Assembly (NCBI GenBank): GCA_963811165.1 | Contig: CAWEQH010000001.1 | Coordinates: 544,001-608,000, forward strand | Source of the DNA: an uncultured Nitrospiraceae bacterium | Lineage (GTDB): Bacteria > Nitrospirota > Thermodesulfovibrionia > Thermodesulfovibrionales > UBA6898 | Direction of reading: 5' to 3' | Length of the DNA: 64,000 bases | Part shown: positions 34,856 through 45,100 of the stretch, in pieces | How positions within the stretch are numbered: position 1 is the stretch's first letter | Layout of the letters: every line of letters starts with the position of its first letter | Position numbers and translations under genes: made by a program | Notes under the pieces: generated by a model | Told to the model about the DNA's origin: nothing | Database searches by the model: none | The model's input: the letters and a program-made list of their open reading frames with translations, nothing else

Positions 34856-35941
34856 TCACGACGTTACGACATGCAATGTTTTTTCAAGGTACGCTTCGCC
34901 CCACCTCAGATCCGGTTCCAGATAGTTGGTCTCGGCCCACTCGTTCCAAGACTTGATGAAGACAACCCTCCGGTCATGGCTGCGGGCAGCTACAAGGCCA
35001 ACAGCTTCACGAAGGTGTTTGGCGTAGAGCTCGGGTCTAGAGCCTGCAAGGACAAAGCCGTTGACTCCGGAGCGGGGTGTGTTGTCCCAGTTTGGGACCA
35101 CGCAAGGGTAGAACTCCGGCCGGCGCGTCTTTTCCGGAAAGGCGTTCCTGACGAAGGTTTCATAGGAGTAGATCTGTGGCAACTCCGGTTTATCGTTGGG
35201 GAAAGTCCGGGCAATCTTCTCGTTGAGGGACTTGATCCCCTGGTATGCAAGCATTGCCACTGGAGGATTCGTTGTGCAGGCGTCATAGCTCTCCTCAGGT
35301 ATCTTCCACGGATAATCCGTAATGGCGATGAAATAGAATCCCGGCACGCCCTCTTTCTCCGCCAATTTCCGCCAGGTATTTATGAAGAGTCCCGGCTCCC
35401 AGAGATCAAAAGGGCGATAGATGCAGAAGATATTTCTGTCGTCTATCTTCATGTAACGGGGGTCGCGGAAGGCATCAATCATGGCATAAAAGTGAGAGAT
35501 GAAATCCTCTACGCCTGGATACGTCTGTTCGATCAGGATACGATCCGGGCAACCGTGCCAGATGCCCGACCATGTATGGTTGGCCCAGGCAAGACAAAAG
35601 GGAAAGTCAGGGTTTCCTGACTTCAGCACTTCATTGAAGGGCCTCTCCAACAGTCTTTTGCCGCCGAACCAGTAATGCCAATAGCAGAACCCCTCTATCC
35701 CGTATCGATGGGCCAGCTCCGCCTGGGCAATCCGGGACTCAGGCACCCGTAAGTCGTAGAAGCTCAGGTCTGCCGGGAAATTCGGCTGCTCGTGTCCGGC
35801 GAACAGAGGCTTTGCCCTGGCGACGTTCGTCCATTCGGTGAATCCTTCGCCCCACCATTCATCGTTTTCCGGGATCGGATGGAACTGGGGAAGATAGAAT
35901 GCGATCAGACGGGCTTTGAGATCAGAATTCTGTCGTATCAT
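34856..35941 (-). CDS. WbsX / GH99-like glycosyltransferase family protein
   Basis: LIAFYLPQFHPIPENDEWWG, PNWDNTPR, KSWNEWAE. Confidence 0.9.
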   Translation of the reverse strand: MIRQNSDLKARLIAFYLPQFHPIPENDEWWGEGFTEWTNVARAKPLFAGHEQPNFPADLSFYDLRVPESRIAQAELAHRYGIEGFCYWHYWFGGKRLLERPFNEVLKSGNPDFPFCLAWANHTWSGIWHGCPDRILIEQTYPGVEDFISHFYAMIDAFRDPRYMKIDDRNIFCIYRPFDLWEPGLFINTWRKLAEKEGVPGFYFIAITDYPWKIPEESYDACTTNPPVAMLAYQGIKSLNEKIARTFPNDKPELPQIYSYETFVRNAFPEKTRRPEFYPCVVPNWDNTPRSGVNGFVLAGSRPELYAKHLREAVGLVAARSHDRRVVFIKSWNEWAETNYLEPDLRWGEAYLEKTLHVVTS

Positions 35942-35965
35942 AAACTCCCTGTTGATGACATTCGA

Positions 35966-37072
35966 TTATTTTGCCAATAAGCGGTCTGCCAGCCATCTGA
36001 GCGAGGCTGTTAACTCCCAACTCAGGGAGCTTTCCAAGGCATGTATCTTCTGGTCTTTTTCGGCTAAACGTCTGTCCTTTTCGGCCAGACGTTGGTCTCT
36101 ATCGTCCAACTGACGGTGCATTTCAGCCAACTGACGGTCCATATCAGCCAGTTGGGTCAATTGCCGGTTAATCAAGTCCAGAGTTTCTTTTCGATTCCAA
36201 AGATCGGTCGCATCGTAGCGGTAGAATCGCGCATAAGAAAAAAAGTCGTTCCACAGTCGGGCTACCGTCTCCCGATTTGAAGGGGAGTCCAGTGGATCAC
36301 CCTCAAGCATGCGCTGAAAAAGTTCATAGAGTTCTTTTACGGGCCGGGGCGCTCCGCATTTATTGAGGTCCTCTGCCGTCGAAGCGCTGTGCCTCAAATC
36401 AGATCTTACAAAGGAAGCCATCCTCTCCCGAAGCTCGCTATCGTCCCGGGGCCACGAGATAGCCAGACCTTCTGAGACGCGTCTCAACTCCATCTCCCAT
36501 TCGTCAAGGAAGAGGTCATAGGAGACGAAAACCTTCGATATTTTATCTATTGCCCGAAGAGCGGTGATGTTGTAATTGAACCATATGCCGAAGCCTTTAT
36601 CGAGGGAAAACCCGTCTCGTTTCTGAAGTGAGCGCGCGACATCAAGGGGGTTTCTCACCACAAAAACTATGGAGAGATCAACCCCGAGATCAGTGAGAAC
36701 TTCTTGCCAAAGCTCAATAAATATCTGCGAACGCGGATCTTTCCAGCCCCACAGAGGAATGCCGGAGAAGTTAGCCCTGATGAGCGAGCTGATCTCATCT
36801 CTAAAAGGCTTCACCTCCGAAGCACCTTGCCATCCGGAAGGAAAAGGCAGAGCCGTATCCCATTTTCTCTTCATCTCTGCCAGAAGTCGTTCCTGCAGAT
36901 TATTGAAATCAATTCTCTCCCAGAGTCCTTCGGGATTATAGTCCCGGGCAGAGTAAAGGTCCGACTCTTCTCCAAGATATACACCCAACAGATTAATAGC
37001 CCGCGCGATCACAGAAGTTCCGCTCCGGTGCATGCCTAGGATGCAGATGGCTTTTTGTCCTTTACTGTTCAT
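35966..37072 (-). CDS. sulfotransferase family protein with C-terminal coiled coil
   Basis: ILGMHRSGTS, WGWKDPR, RNPLDVARSL; heptad repeats then SLSWELTASLR. Confidence 0.88.
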   Translation of the reverse strand: MNSKGQKAICILGMHRSGTSVIARAINLLGVYLGEESDLYSARDYNPEGLWERIDFNNLQERLLAEMKRKWDTALPFPSGWQGASEVKPFRDEISSLIRANFSGIPLWGWKDPRSQIFIELWQEVLTDLGVDLSIVFVVRNPLDVARSLQKRDGFSLDKGFGIWFNYNITALRAIDKISKVFVSYDLFLDEWEMELRRVSEGLAISWPRDDSELRERMASFVRSDLRHSASTAEDLNKCGAPRPVKELYELFQRMLEGDPLDSPSNRETVARLWNDFFSYARFYRYDATDLWNRKETLDLINRQLTQLADMDRQLAEMHRQLDDRDQRLAEKDRRLAEKDQKIHALESSLSWELTASLRWLADRLLAK

Positions 37073-37354
37073 CTTATTAGCGGGGGGAAATCACTCTTCT
37101 TCGAACTTTAAAATAACTTTTTTATCAATCATGAAATAAACAAAAAAAAGTTCTCCTCATGAAAGTTAGACACAATTATTATAACATAGCGCTGTTTATT
37201 GAAAGTTTTGTTAGCAAAAATTGCTTCATCGAGAAACGGACCAATTCGAAAGAAGAAATTCTTGGAGGGAGCATGAGGGGCGTGAAGTGTTTGTTGCAGC
37301 GGTCGCTGATAACTGCGCATTGACTAGCGGCGCCTCGTCATGTTATAAGAATAA

Positions 37355-38389
37355 ATGTCTCAAAAAGCAGATTCCTACCAGTTAATAGATACAAAAAAAA
37401 GATTTAGAATAGACATAAAAAAAAGATTTAGAACTGTTCTAAATAAAGACGTTATAAACGTAAGATACTACACCGCTTTCGATGTCTGCAACTTCTCCTG
37501 TGAGTATTGTGTCGCGGGACAAAACAACAAGGCACGAATAATACATAATTTTGATAAACGCAAATATATCGAAATCGTGGAAGCAATCAAGAAGTTGCCT
37601 TTTTCAATGAATATAAGAATAGGGGTAGGAGGGGAATTTTTCCTGAGTCCGGATTTGATCGAAGGGGGAAGACGGCTTTCATGGTCCAGAAATGTAGAAC
37701 ATTTGAATTTAATCACAAATTTGAGTTTTGATTATGCTAGGTATGCTGATCTGCTAAGAGGCTACGACCGCAAAAAAGTTGCAATCGTTGCGAGTTACCA
37801 TCCAACCCAGACAGAGAACAAAAAAAGATGGCTCGAAACCGCCCTCCATATAAACAAGGAATATGATTTTGCTGTGATATTAGTGGCCTACCCGCCTCTT
37901 TTAGGGGATTTGCCTATTATTGCCAGAGAATTGAGGCAGGCGGGTCTCGACGTATTTGTTCAAGGATATATCGGGAGCTACAACAATAAAGTGTACCCTC
38001 TTTCGTACACGATGGAAGAAAAAGAACTTCTTAAAGACATAATGTATAGCCGTCACGATTATGAATTTTTTGTAAACTGCAAAAAACCGGGATTATGCAA
38101 CGCCGGATATAAAAGCCTATATATCGACAGAGAAGGGAAAGTATTTTCCTGTGGAATGGGAAAAGGTGTTAAACTCGGGAATCTGACGGAAAGCCCGGAG
38201 ATCCGCTTCTTCGACGCTCCACGCCCATGCGTTCATGAAACCTGTTTTTGCGATACGGAATATATAAACACGGTCATTTTTGAACAATATTATTTTATGC
38301 TGGGGGGAAATCAGCATAAATATGCTTATAGATTTAAGCAGCTTTCAGAACATATCAAAGAACTGGACGAATGGAAGATCGCTTATTGA
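37355..38389 (+). CDS. radical SAM protein with SPASM/twitch-like C-terminal cysteines
   Basis: CNFSCEYC (CxxxCxxC); CNAG...IDREGKVFSC...PCVHETCFCD; AT-rich. Confidence 0.88.
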   Translation: MSQKADSYQLIDTKKRFRIDIKKRFRTVLNKDVINVRYYTAFDVCNFSCEYCVAGQNNKARIIHNFDKRKYIEIVEAIKKLPFSMNIRIGVGGEFFLSPDLIEGGRRLSWSRNVEHLNLITNLSFDYARYADLLRGYDRKKVAIVASYHPTQTENKKRWLETALHINKEYDFAVILVAYPPLLGDLPIIARELRQAGLDVFVQGYIGSYNNKVYPLSYTMEEKELLKDIMYSRHDYEFFVNCKKPGLCNAGYKSLYIDREGKVFSCGMGKGVKLGNLTESPEIRFFDAPRPCVHETCFCDTEYINTVIFEQYYFMLGGNQHKYAYRFKQLSEHIKELDEWKIAY

Positions 38390-38476
38390 TATCTCTTCTA
38401 TTCGCTCTGACCTTCTTTCGATCCAGAAGCGGGCCTCAACGATGGGAAAAGCGCTCATTGCATGGCGGACAGTTTG

Positions 38477-38507
38477 AAAAAAAAGGCAGGGTTATTCACC
38501 CTGCCTT
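38477..38507 (-). terminator. rho-independent terminator
   Basis: Minus strand AAGGCAGGGT-GAATA-ACCCTGCCTT followed by a T run. Confidence 0.85.
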
Positions 38508-38533
38508 AGAATAGCCTCAAAAAAACGTTTTAT

Positions 38534-39437
38534 CTAATTGCCGGCAGTCAGAGATGGTCCAACGCTTCCAAACATATCTTTTGATTTGATCTTCGTGACC
38601 TGTGCTTCAAGTTTATTCAACTTTTCCGAGAGTTCGGCAATTGTCTTGTTCTGCTCCTGAACAACTTTCGTCAATACTGCCACGATGTCCATGGTGCTTA
38701 AGGTCTTTCGGTCAGGAGTCGCCACGAGGTCCGGAACATCCTCTGCGATAAAACCGACATGTTTATAACCGGGGATATCCTTGTATACAAAGGTAACAGG
38801 ATTCATTTTCTTGACGGCCGCGATAGCCTTTTCGGCACTAAGTTCTTGAATATTGTCTTTGTATTCTTCTGCTCGATGACGTAAACCATGTAGCTCCATC
38901 CGAACCTGCTCCGTTGGTCCCTACATTAAAAAGATGATGCAGCGTGGATGTGCCCGTGCCCACCCCGACTTTCCCACTGGGAAATAAAACACTGCTCCGA
39001 CCAGCAATTGATATCATATCCTGAGGACCTGTCATATTATAATGTCTTATCTTAAATGTAGCGCTCGGCAAATTGAAGAGATTTGAACCAAAATCAAAAA
39101 TTTCCCATCCTGGGTTTGAAGGATCTTGCGGACCTATAGCCTGCCATCTCGGGGCAAAATCAGTTGCCGAGCTTCCTATCAAACTGATCCTGCTGTTCGT
39201 TTGATTAGTCACAAGTTGAACATGAGACGCTCCACCGGTATGCCCCATTACTTGAATTTGGAATGCGTTGTTTGCGTCTGTTCCGCCGGCAAACACTTCA
39301 CCGGTGTCGCTGACACTAAACACAGTATTCGTTCCCCCCGAATCCTTCACGATCAGTTTGTCCGCGCTGAACGCAGCCGCCGCCAGCAAAAAGATAAGAG
39401 CAACAACTGTCAATACAACTGCAAATGACTTTTTCAT
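38534..39437 (-). CDS. secreted protein with C-terminal peptidase S74 intramolecular-chaperone domain (one frameshift near 38870)
   Basis: Signal peptide MKKSFAVVLTVVAL...AFSA; GKVGVGT; SSSR/EYKDNIQEL...PVTFVYK...GFIAEDV...LTKVVQEQ coiled coil. Confidence 0.82.
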
Positions 39438-39863
39438 CTCTTTTCTCCTTTCAAAGAAATATTTATAACAAACATTGACTTTCGATGTCCCGTCGATTTT
39501 CCTTAGTTGAGTTGCCTCCTTTGTTGATCATCCGTAATATTTCTTCCCGATATAAATCGGCCCCATTAAACGTATATTATCAATTTTTGCGCGATTTATC
39601 AAAATAAAACTATCCACGAGCAGTTCCCTTTCTGTCCGCCCGCTTTGGGCGATACCTGCACGTGTTTATGTTTGGGTTGGCGATAAAGCCGATATTGTAG
39701 TCCGCCGCCACCTCGGGCGTTGATAGAAGGAGGATATGCCCCGAAGACTGTCGGACCACGGACTGAAATTTTCGCTAAAAATCAAGGCCTTTTTGGTGAT
39801 ATTATGAAATGCGCATAGCATGTCCGTTTCTGAAACAACGCTAACGTCAAGTTACGTTTTCCC

Positions 39864-42034
39864 TCACAGCACTATCACATTCCCGATGATTACGGTCCCC
39901 TTGCTGATCGTGAGTGTCCCGCTAATAGTCGTAGAACCGGTTTGGGACTCGAAGGCAGGGTCATAACCGCCCAGCAGACTTACGGTAATGCCCAGAGGCA
40001 GGTTAATGACGGGGCTTCCGGCAAGAGGAGTTTCCGGACTCGTCGTTTGCAGGCGAATGTCATCCCAGTTGCCGCAATCTCCTGCGGCCGTCTGGATGTC
40101 CGCATAGGTTGCCACAATTGCGCTGCCCTGCGCGAGCGCGACAGGATCGTTGCCGCGCAAGGGAATATCCAAGGTCGTCAAGATGGCAGGGTCATTGGAT
40201 GCAATGCTCAACTGTCCGGTTCTTGCCCCTGCCCCTATGGGAGTAATAGAGACACTGCAGCTTGACAGGGACGGTATCGCATGACCTGAACAGCCGTCAT
40301 TCGCTATTTCAAAATCGCCGCTGATCGACACAGTGCCTATGGTGAGGTCGGCGGTGCCCTGATTCACTATGAGTATGGTGCATGAAGTAGCAGCCGGATT
40401 TTGAAACATGTCAAATGTGCATGCATTGGAGTCGTTGACGAAATAGGCTGACGGCGGCAGGCCGGCAATCTGAGGGTACATCGCCCCTTGCTGAGTAATT
40501 AATAAAGGCGTATTGGTATGCGGCGGCTACATCGGCAGGCCAAACCCGTAGGTATTGTTAGGCGAAGAAGGCTCATCCGGCAGCGGAAGGGCTGACTTCT
40601 GAATAGCTTCCTCTATCTGGTCAGGCGTTAGCCCAGGCATTGCGCCTGCCAGTAGTGCTACAGCCCCTGAAGCATGCGGCGCAGATTGCGAGGTCCCGGA
40701 ATATAAAGCATATTCGGAGGTAGTGGTGCCTGAAAAAATGGAACCTTCCGGGATAGAGGACCGGATGTTTGAACCGGGAGCAACCACATTCGGGAAGTTG
40801 ATCCCCGTAAAAGTGGGGAAGTCAGGCCTGGCAGAACAGGCGGAAGGGCCCCAGGCGCTATAGCCTGCGATGACATTACTCGGGCTTGCGCAACCAATGC
40901 CAATGCAGTCTGTTGCGCCTACAGCGAAGACCCCAGGATTGTTGGCTGGGCTGAAGCTCGATGGAGAAATGACGGGCGTCGTGGGAACATTCCCGGCAGA
41001 AAAGACGACCTCTATCCCGGCAGCCTGCAGATTAGATATCACAATAAAAAAGTAGTGTCACATGCATTTTGAGAAGTGTCTATCTGCCATGAGTTGTTTA
41101 CAACATCCGGCGCAGGTTCGCAGACACAGCCGGTATCTGCAGGGTCGCAGCCAGGGCAAAGGGCCCACCCCAATGCACTGATAATGTCGCTGTCTTGCGC
41201 GTTGCCGGCATCGTTGAATATCTTTGCCGATATCCACTTCGCCCCCGGGGCCATCCCTATCGCATTGCCTGAAGCGGTTCCTCCGGCCATGATGCCCATC
41301 GTATGTGTGCCGTGGACATGAGTATTGTTCAGGTCGAGACAGGTAAAGTCCGAAGATTGGCATGCTACGGCCTTAAGGCCGTAAGGAGTCGTAGTATGAT
41401 TATAAGGTTACCAGCTTGGGCAATTGGGAGGAGTGCTGCATGCCCCTCCTCTCCACCGGTACTTCAAATCCGGGTGGTTCACATCGACCCCTGTATCAAG
41501 ATTGGCCACTACCGCGCCGACACCTGTGATTCCCGCGGCCCAGAGGGCGGGCGCGTTCACCCTGTCGATGTTCCAGCGGGGTGTGCCCGGCAAGGCAGGG
41601 ACCATGGGCGTAAGCTGGACAACGGCATCCAGTTCAATGCTCGCTACCTGCGGCGAACCCGAGAGTTCGTTTATAGTTGAAGCCGGGACAGTGACGGCAA
41701 TCGAATTCGTTATCCAAAGAGGCTTTATCTTCTTACCGCTTCTGTTTTGAAGCAATGCCTTGATCGGTCCCTGCGTCTTGTCCGCCTTGTCCTTAAGCGC
41801 AGCGGCAATCGCTTCTTCTAATTGCCCTGCCCTCCCGCGTACGACTCGCGGGGACTAGAGGAATTTGTTTAACGTCTACCTTATCGGCAAGATTAATGAT
41901 GATAGCTACCTCCTGATTGGGAGGAGCTGTTTGTAATACCGATTGAAGTTCAGGGCTTATAATAGCTGCCTCACAGACGGATAAGATAAACGAGAAGAAA
42001 ATGAAAGAAAGAAACAGAAACACAAACGCCTCAT
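39864..42034 (-). CDS. secreted S8 subtilisin-like protease with Ig-like and C-terminal domains (multiple frameshifts)
   Basis: Catalytic motifs across fragments: ANLDTGVD, HGTHTMG, VVFSAGN, SGTSQSAPH; signal peptide; IVNQGTADLTIG Ig-like domain. Confidence 0.85.
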
Positions 42035-42116
42035 TTTGTTCACTCCTACAGTGCTGTCTTACATATATATTTTAGCAAAATGGTCCAACCTCATAACAAT
42101 CCCAACATAGAAGAAA

Positions 42117-42150
42117 CCAAGGCCGCAGGGAGTATGTCCTGCGGCCTTGG
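42117..42150 (-). terminator. rho-independent terminator after the multicopper oxidase
   Basis: 13-bp stem CCAAGGCCGCAGG/CCTGCGGCCTTGG followed by TTTCTT on the minus strand. Confidence 0.8.
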
Positions 42151-42179
42151 CGTGAACTGTCCTGATACAGGCTAGTCCA

Positions 42180-45100
42180 TTACGGGGCGGTTACGTATCC
42201 CGCAATCTGGCCTGTATTAATTGAAAATACGTTTAGTTGGCCAGTCAGCAAGGGATCCATCCCGGCTGCGGGCACGTCATTCGAAACAGCAGTTGCTATT
42301 TGCGTCCAGGCGGTGTTGCCTGTGAGGCTGTCGCCGTTAATGCTTGCCTTATAGATGTTAGTGTTGGCGGCGCCCTTGGCAACGACCTCAAGTTTGTTTG
42401 ATTAGCGTTCCAGGTGATACCAGGACGAGTCGAAGTGGTGCCGGCAGGAAATACCTTCCAACCGCTGAACGACGAGCCGTTGTTATTGACGTTACCGACA
42501 AGGATCTGATTGGTGCTGTTTCTCAAAAGCGAACTGGACCTTTCCGGTATTATCAATCGCAATTGCCGGAGCAGAAGCGACGACGCCTGCAAGTGCGGTC
42601 TGGGAGGCACCTGTACCGTTGTAGTTCATGGAACCTACCCATGCGGTGGTACCGGCCAAGATCGCATATTGCAGCTTGTTAGTTACAGGGTTCCAGGCGA
42701 TTGCCGGAGCGGCAGTATTACCCGCCCCGACCAGGGTATATCCGCTGAACCCTGAGCCGTCGGCATTCATATTCGCAACCCAGAGATTGTTAGAGCAGAT
42801 CCCTTAACTGCGATTATGAGCTTCTTGTGTAGAGGGTCCCAAGCGATTGCGGGAGCAGTCGATGAGGTCCCTGGGGACAGAGGGGCAAAATCAAAGTTGA
42901 GTACGCCGTCCACATTCGCCGTCCCTACGTAGATCTTGCTGTCCGCTCTCCTGATGGCAACATGGTATTTGCCCAACGTGGGGTTCCATGCGACCGAAGG
43001 AGCGGAGGCCGAGTTAACCGGGGCGATCTGGAAGACAATCGGCCGCATCATGTCGAATTCTTCGTGGGCCAGGATGTGGCAGTGCCACACGTATTCAAAG
43101 CCGAAGTCGGTCAGCGTGTTGGTTGTCTGGGCCACTGCGGGGACGCCCACCGGCGGCGCTATCGGCAGGAAGTTTGTGGTGGAACCCACAGGCGTCGAGG
43201 GATCCAGCGGCCGGATTTCGTGCGGCTCAGTGAACGGCAGCACCGGCTGGGTCGGCTTTAAGGCAATAAAGATGTCCTCAAAGGGGTTGGTCCTGATGGC
43301 TTCCCTCCAGCCCAGTTCATCAGGATAGGGCGGCTTTACCGTGTTGGCATAGTCGACCCTGTTTATTACCTGAAGGTCGAAGAGGTGGAAGTGCATCACA
43401 TGGGAATCGACGCCGAGGTGCGTAATGCGCCAGAGCACGATTTCGCCGTTGTTGAGGTACTCGGTCGGCGGGTCTATGAACTTCGAGATACCCACAACCG
43501 GGCCTGTGCCTACCGTCGGCGTAAGCGGGTTGGGGGTCGAACCGAGGAAGATGTTTATCCGCCCGTAGTCCGGATCAAAACCCTCGGTCAGGTTCTTCCC
43601 GTAGGAGCAAGGGCGCCGGTAAGCAACGCCGAAGCAGTGGCGCCGGTGCCGTTGGTCCCCGGTGCAGCGATGAGGAAGACCAGAGGCTCATTGACGCATC
43701 CAGAGCCCGCATTTGTGACCGTGATCGAGCCGACGAGGCCGGCGGTTGCCACGGTAACCGAGCAGGTCGCGCCGGTGCCGCCGCCGCCCGTAATGGTGCA
43801 GGTAGGGGCTACCGCGTTAACCGCGGTGTTATAGTTCGAACCTGGCTCCATAATTATGATAGCGGTAACTACACCGCCCGATATCGTTGCCGCTACGGTG
43901 GCCTGTACGCCGCCGGCAAGGGGCGCGCCCAAGGTGACCGTAGGCGCCGAGGTGAACCCGGTGCCTGCCGCGACGAGCGTGACCGCGCCGATGGGGTTAA
44001 TCCCCGCAGTCGCGGCGGGCAGCGTGGTGCATCCGCCTGCGCCGGGGACTATCTGAACCGAAGGAGCTACGGTATAACCTGCGCCGGGCAGTGTCGTCAC
44101 GATCCTGGCGACGGTCTGACCCTTACCGGTTATATTCAGGCTGTCCATGTATCCCTGGCCATAAATATTGGCAGTCGCGAAGCCGGGGAAGGCCGCATTA
44201 TACGCCAGCTGCGGCACTATGGTTTTTCCTGAACTGCTGCAAAGGCCTTCGGCAACACCGTCCTCAGAGCGGTGAACGTCGCCCCGAATGGGCCGCTCAG
44301 GGTCGGCGGGTTGAAGGACCCGGTAGGAGAGTGATCGAAAGCCGGCGTTGCCGTGACATCGAAGTTGAGGGTCGACGTCTTGGTTCCCGCGATCCGGATC
44401 TGCATGAGGGTTCTGATGTTCGGGCCGAAACCTGCTGGTGTCGGGTACGCGCCCACCGGGAACTTATCAGGAGAGTCGGTGTAGTAGTCATAGGACGAAT
44501 TGAACATTGCATAGGCGTCGGTGCGTCGTTGTACACGATAAGCATGTCGCCTGCCGTGTAGTGGGAGAAATCGACAATAACGTCAGCCCGCATCGCGCCC
44601 ATCAGGTAGAGCGTATGGCTGGTGACGCCTGCAAAGGGGAGATTCTGCCGGACATACTCATAGTCGACCGGATTCTGCGGCCAGACCGCAAGCTGCGCCA
44701 GGAACCCGGCTTCATTGCCTATCTGGAGCCACGGGGGGCCTATAGTGGTCAGGATCAGGCACGCCTCCGTCCCTGCCGTCTGTCGGCCAGGTCGGCGGAT
44801 CCTGCGCCCACTGCGGCGGGGACCATTGCGACCTCTGTGCAGAGGTTTTCCCAGGTCTGACCCGAGGGTGGCGTTGCATAATTGTAACCGAGGGACCCTG
44901 CTTTGCATATGGTGCCCGCAAGGTAGCCTGCGCCGCCAAAGTTCGGACCGGTAAACGTGAAGCCGGTGACCGCGCCGGTTCCATCCAGTATCGGCGTTGC
45001 TGTGGCGACCGTAGTCGGAACGTGGCCGGCAACGTCGGTGATGGTCGCGGTGAGACCAGGGGCACATCCTGCGCCTGGTCTCAGGACAGAGATGCCGGTG

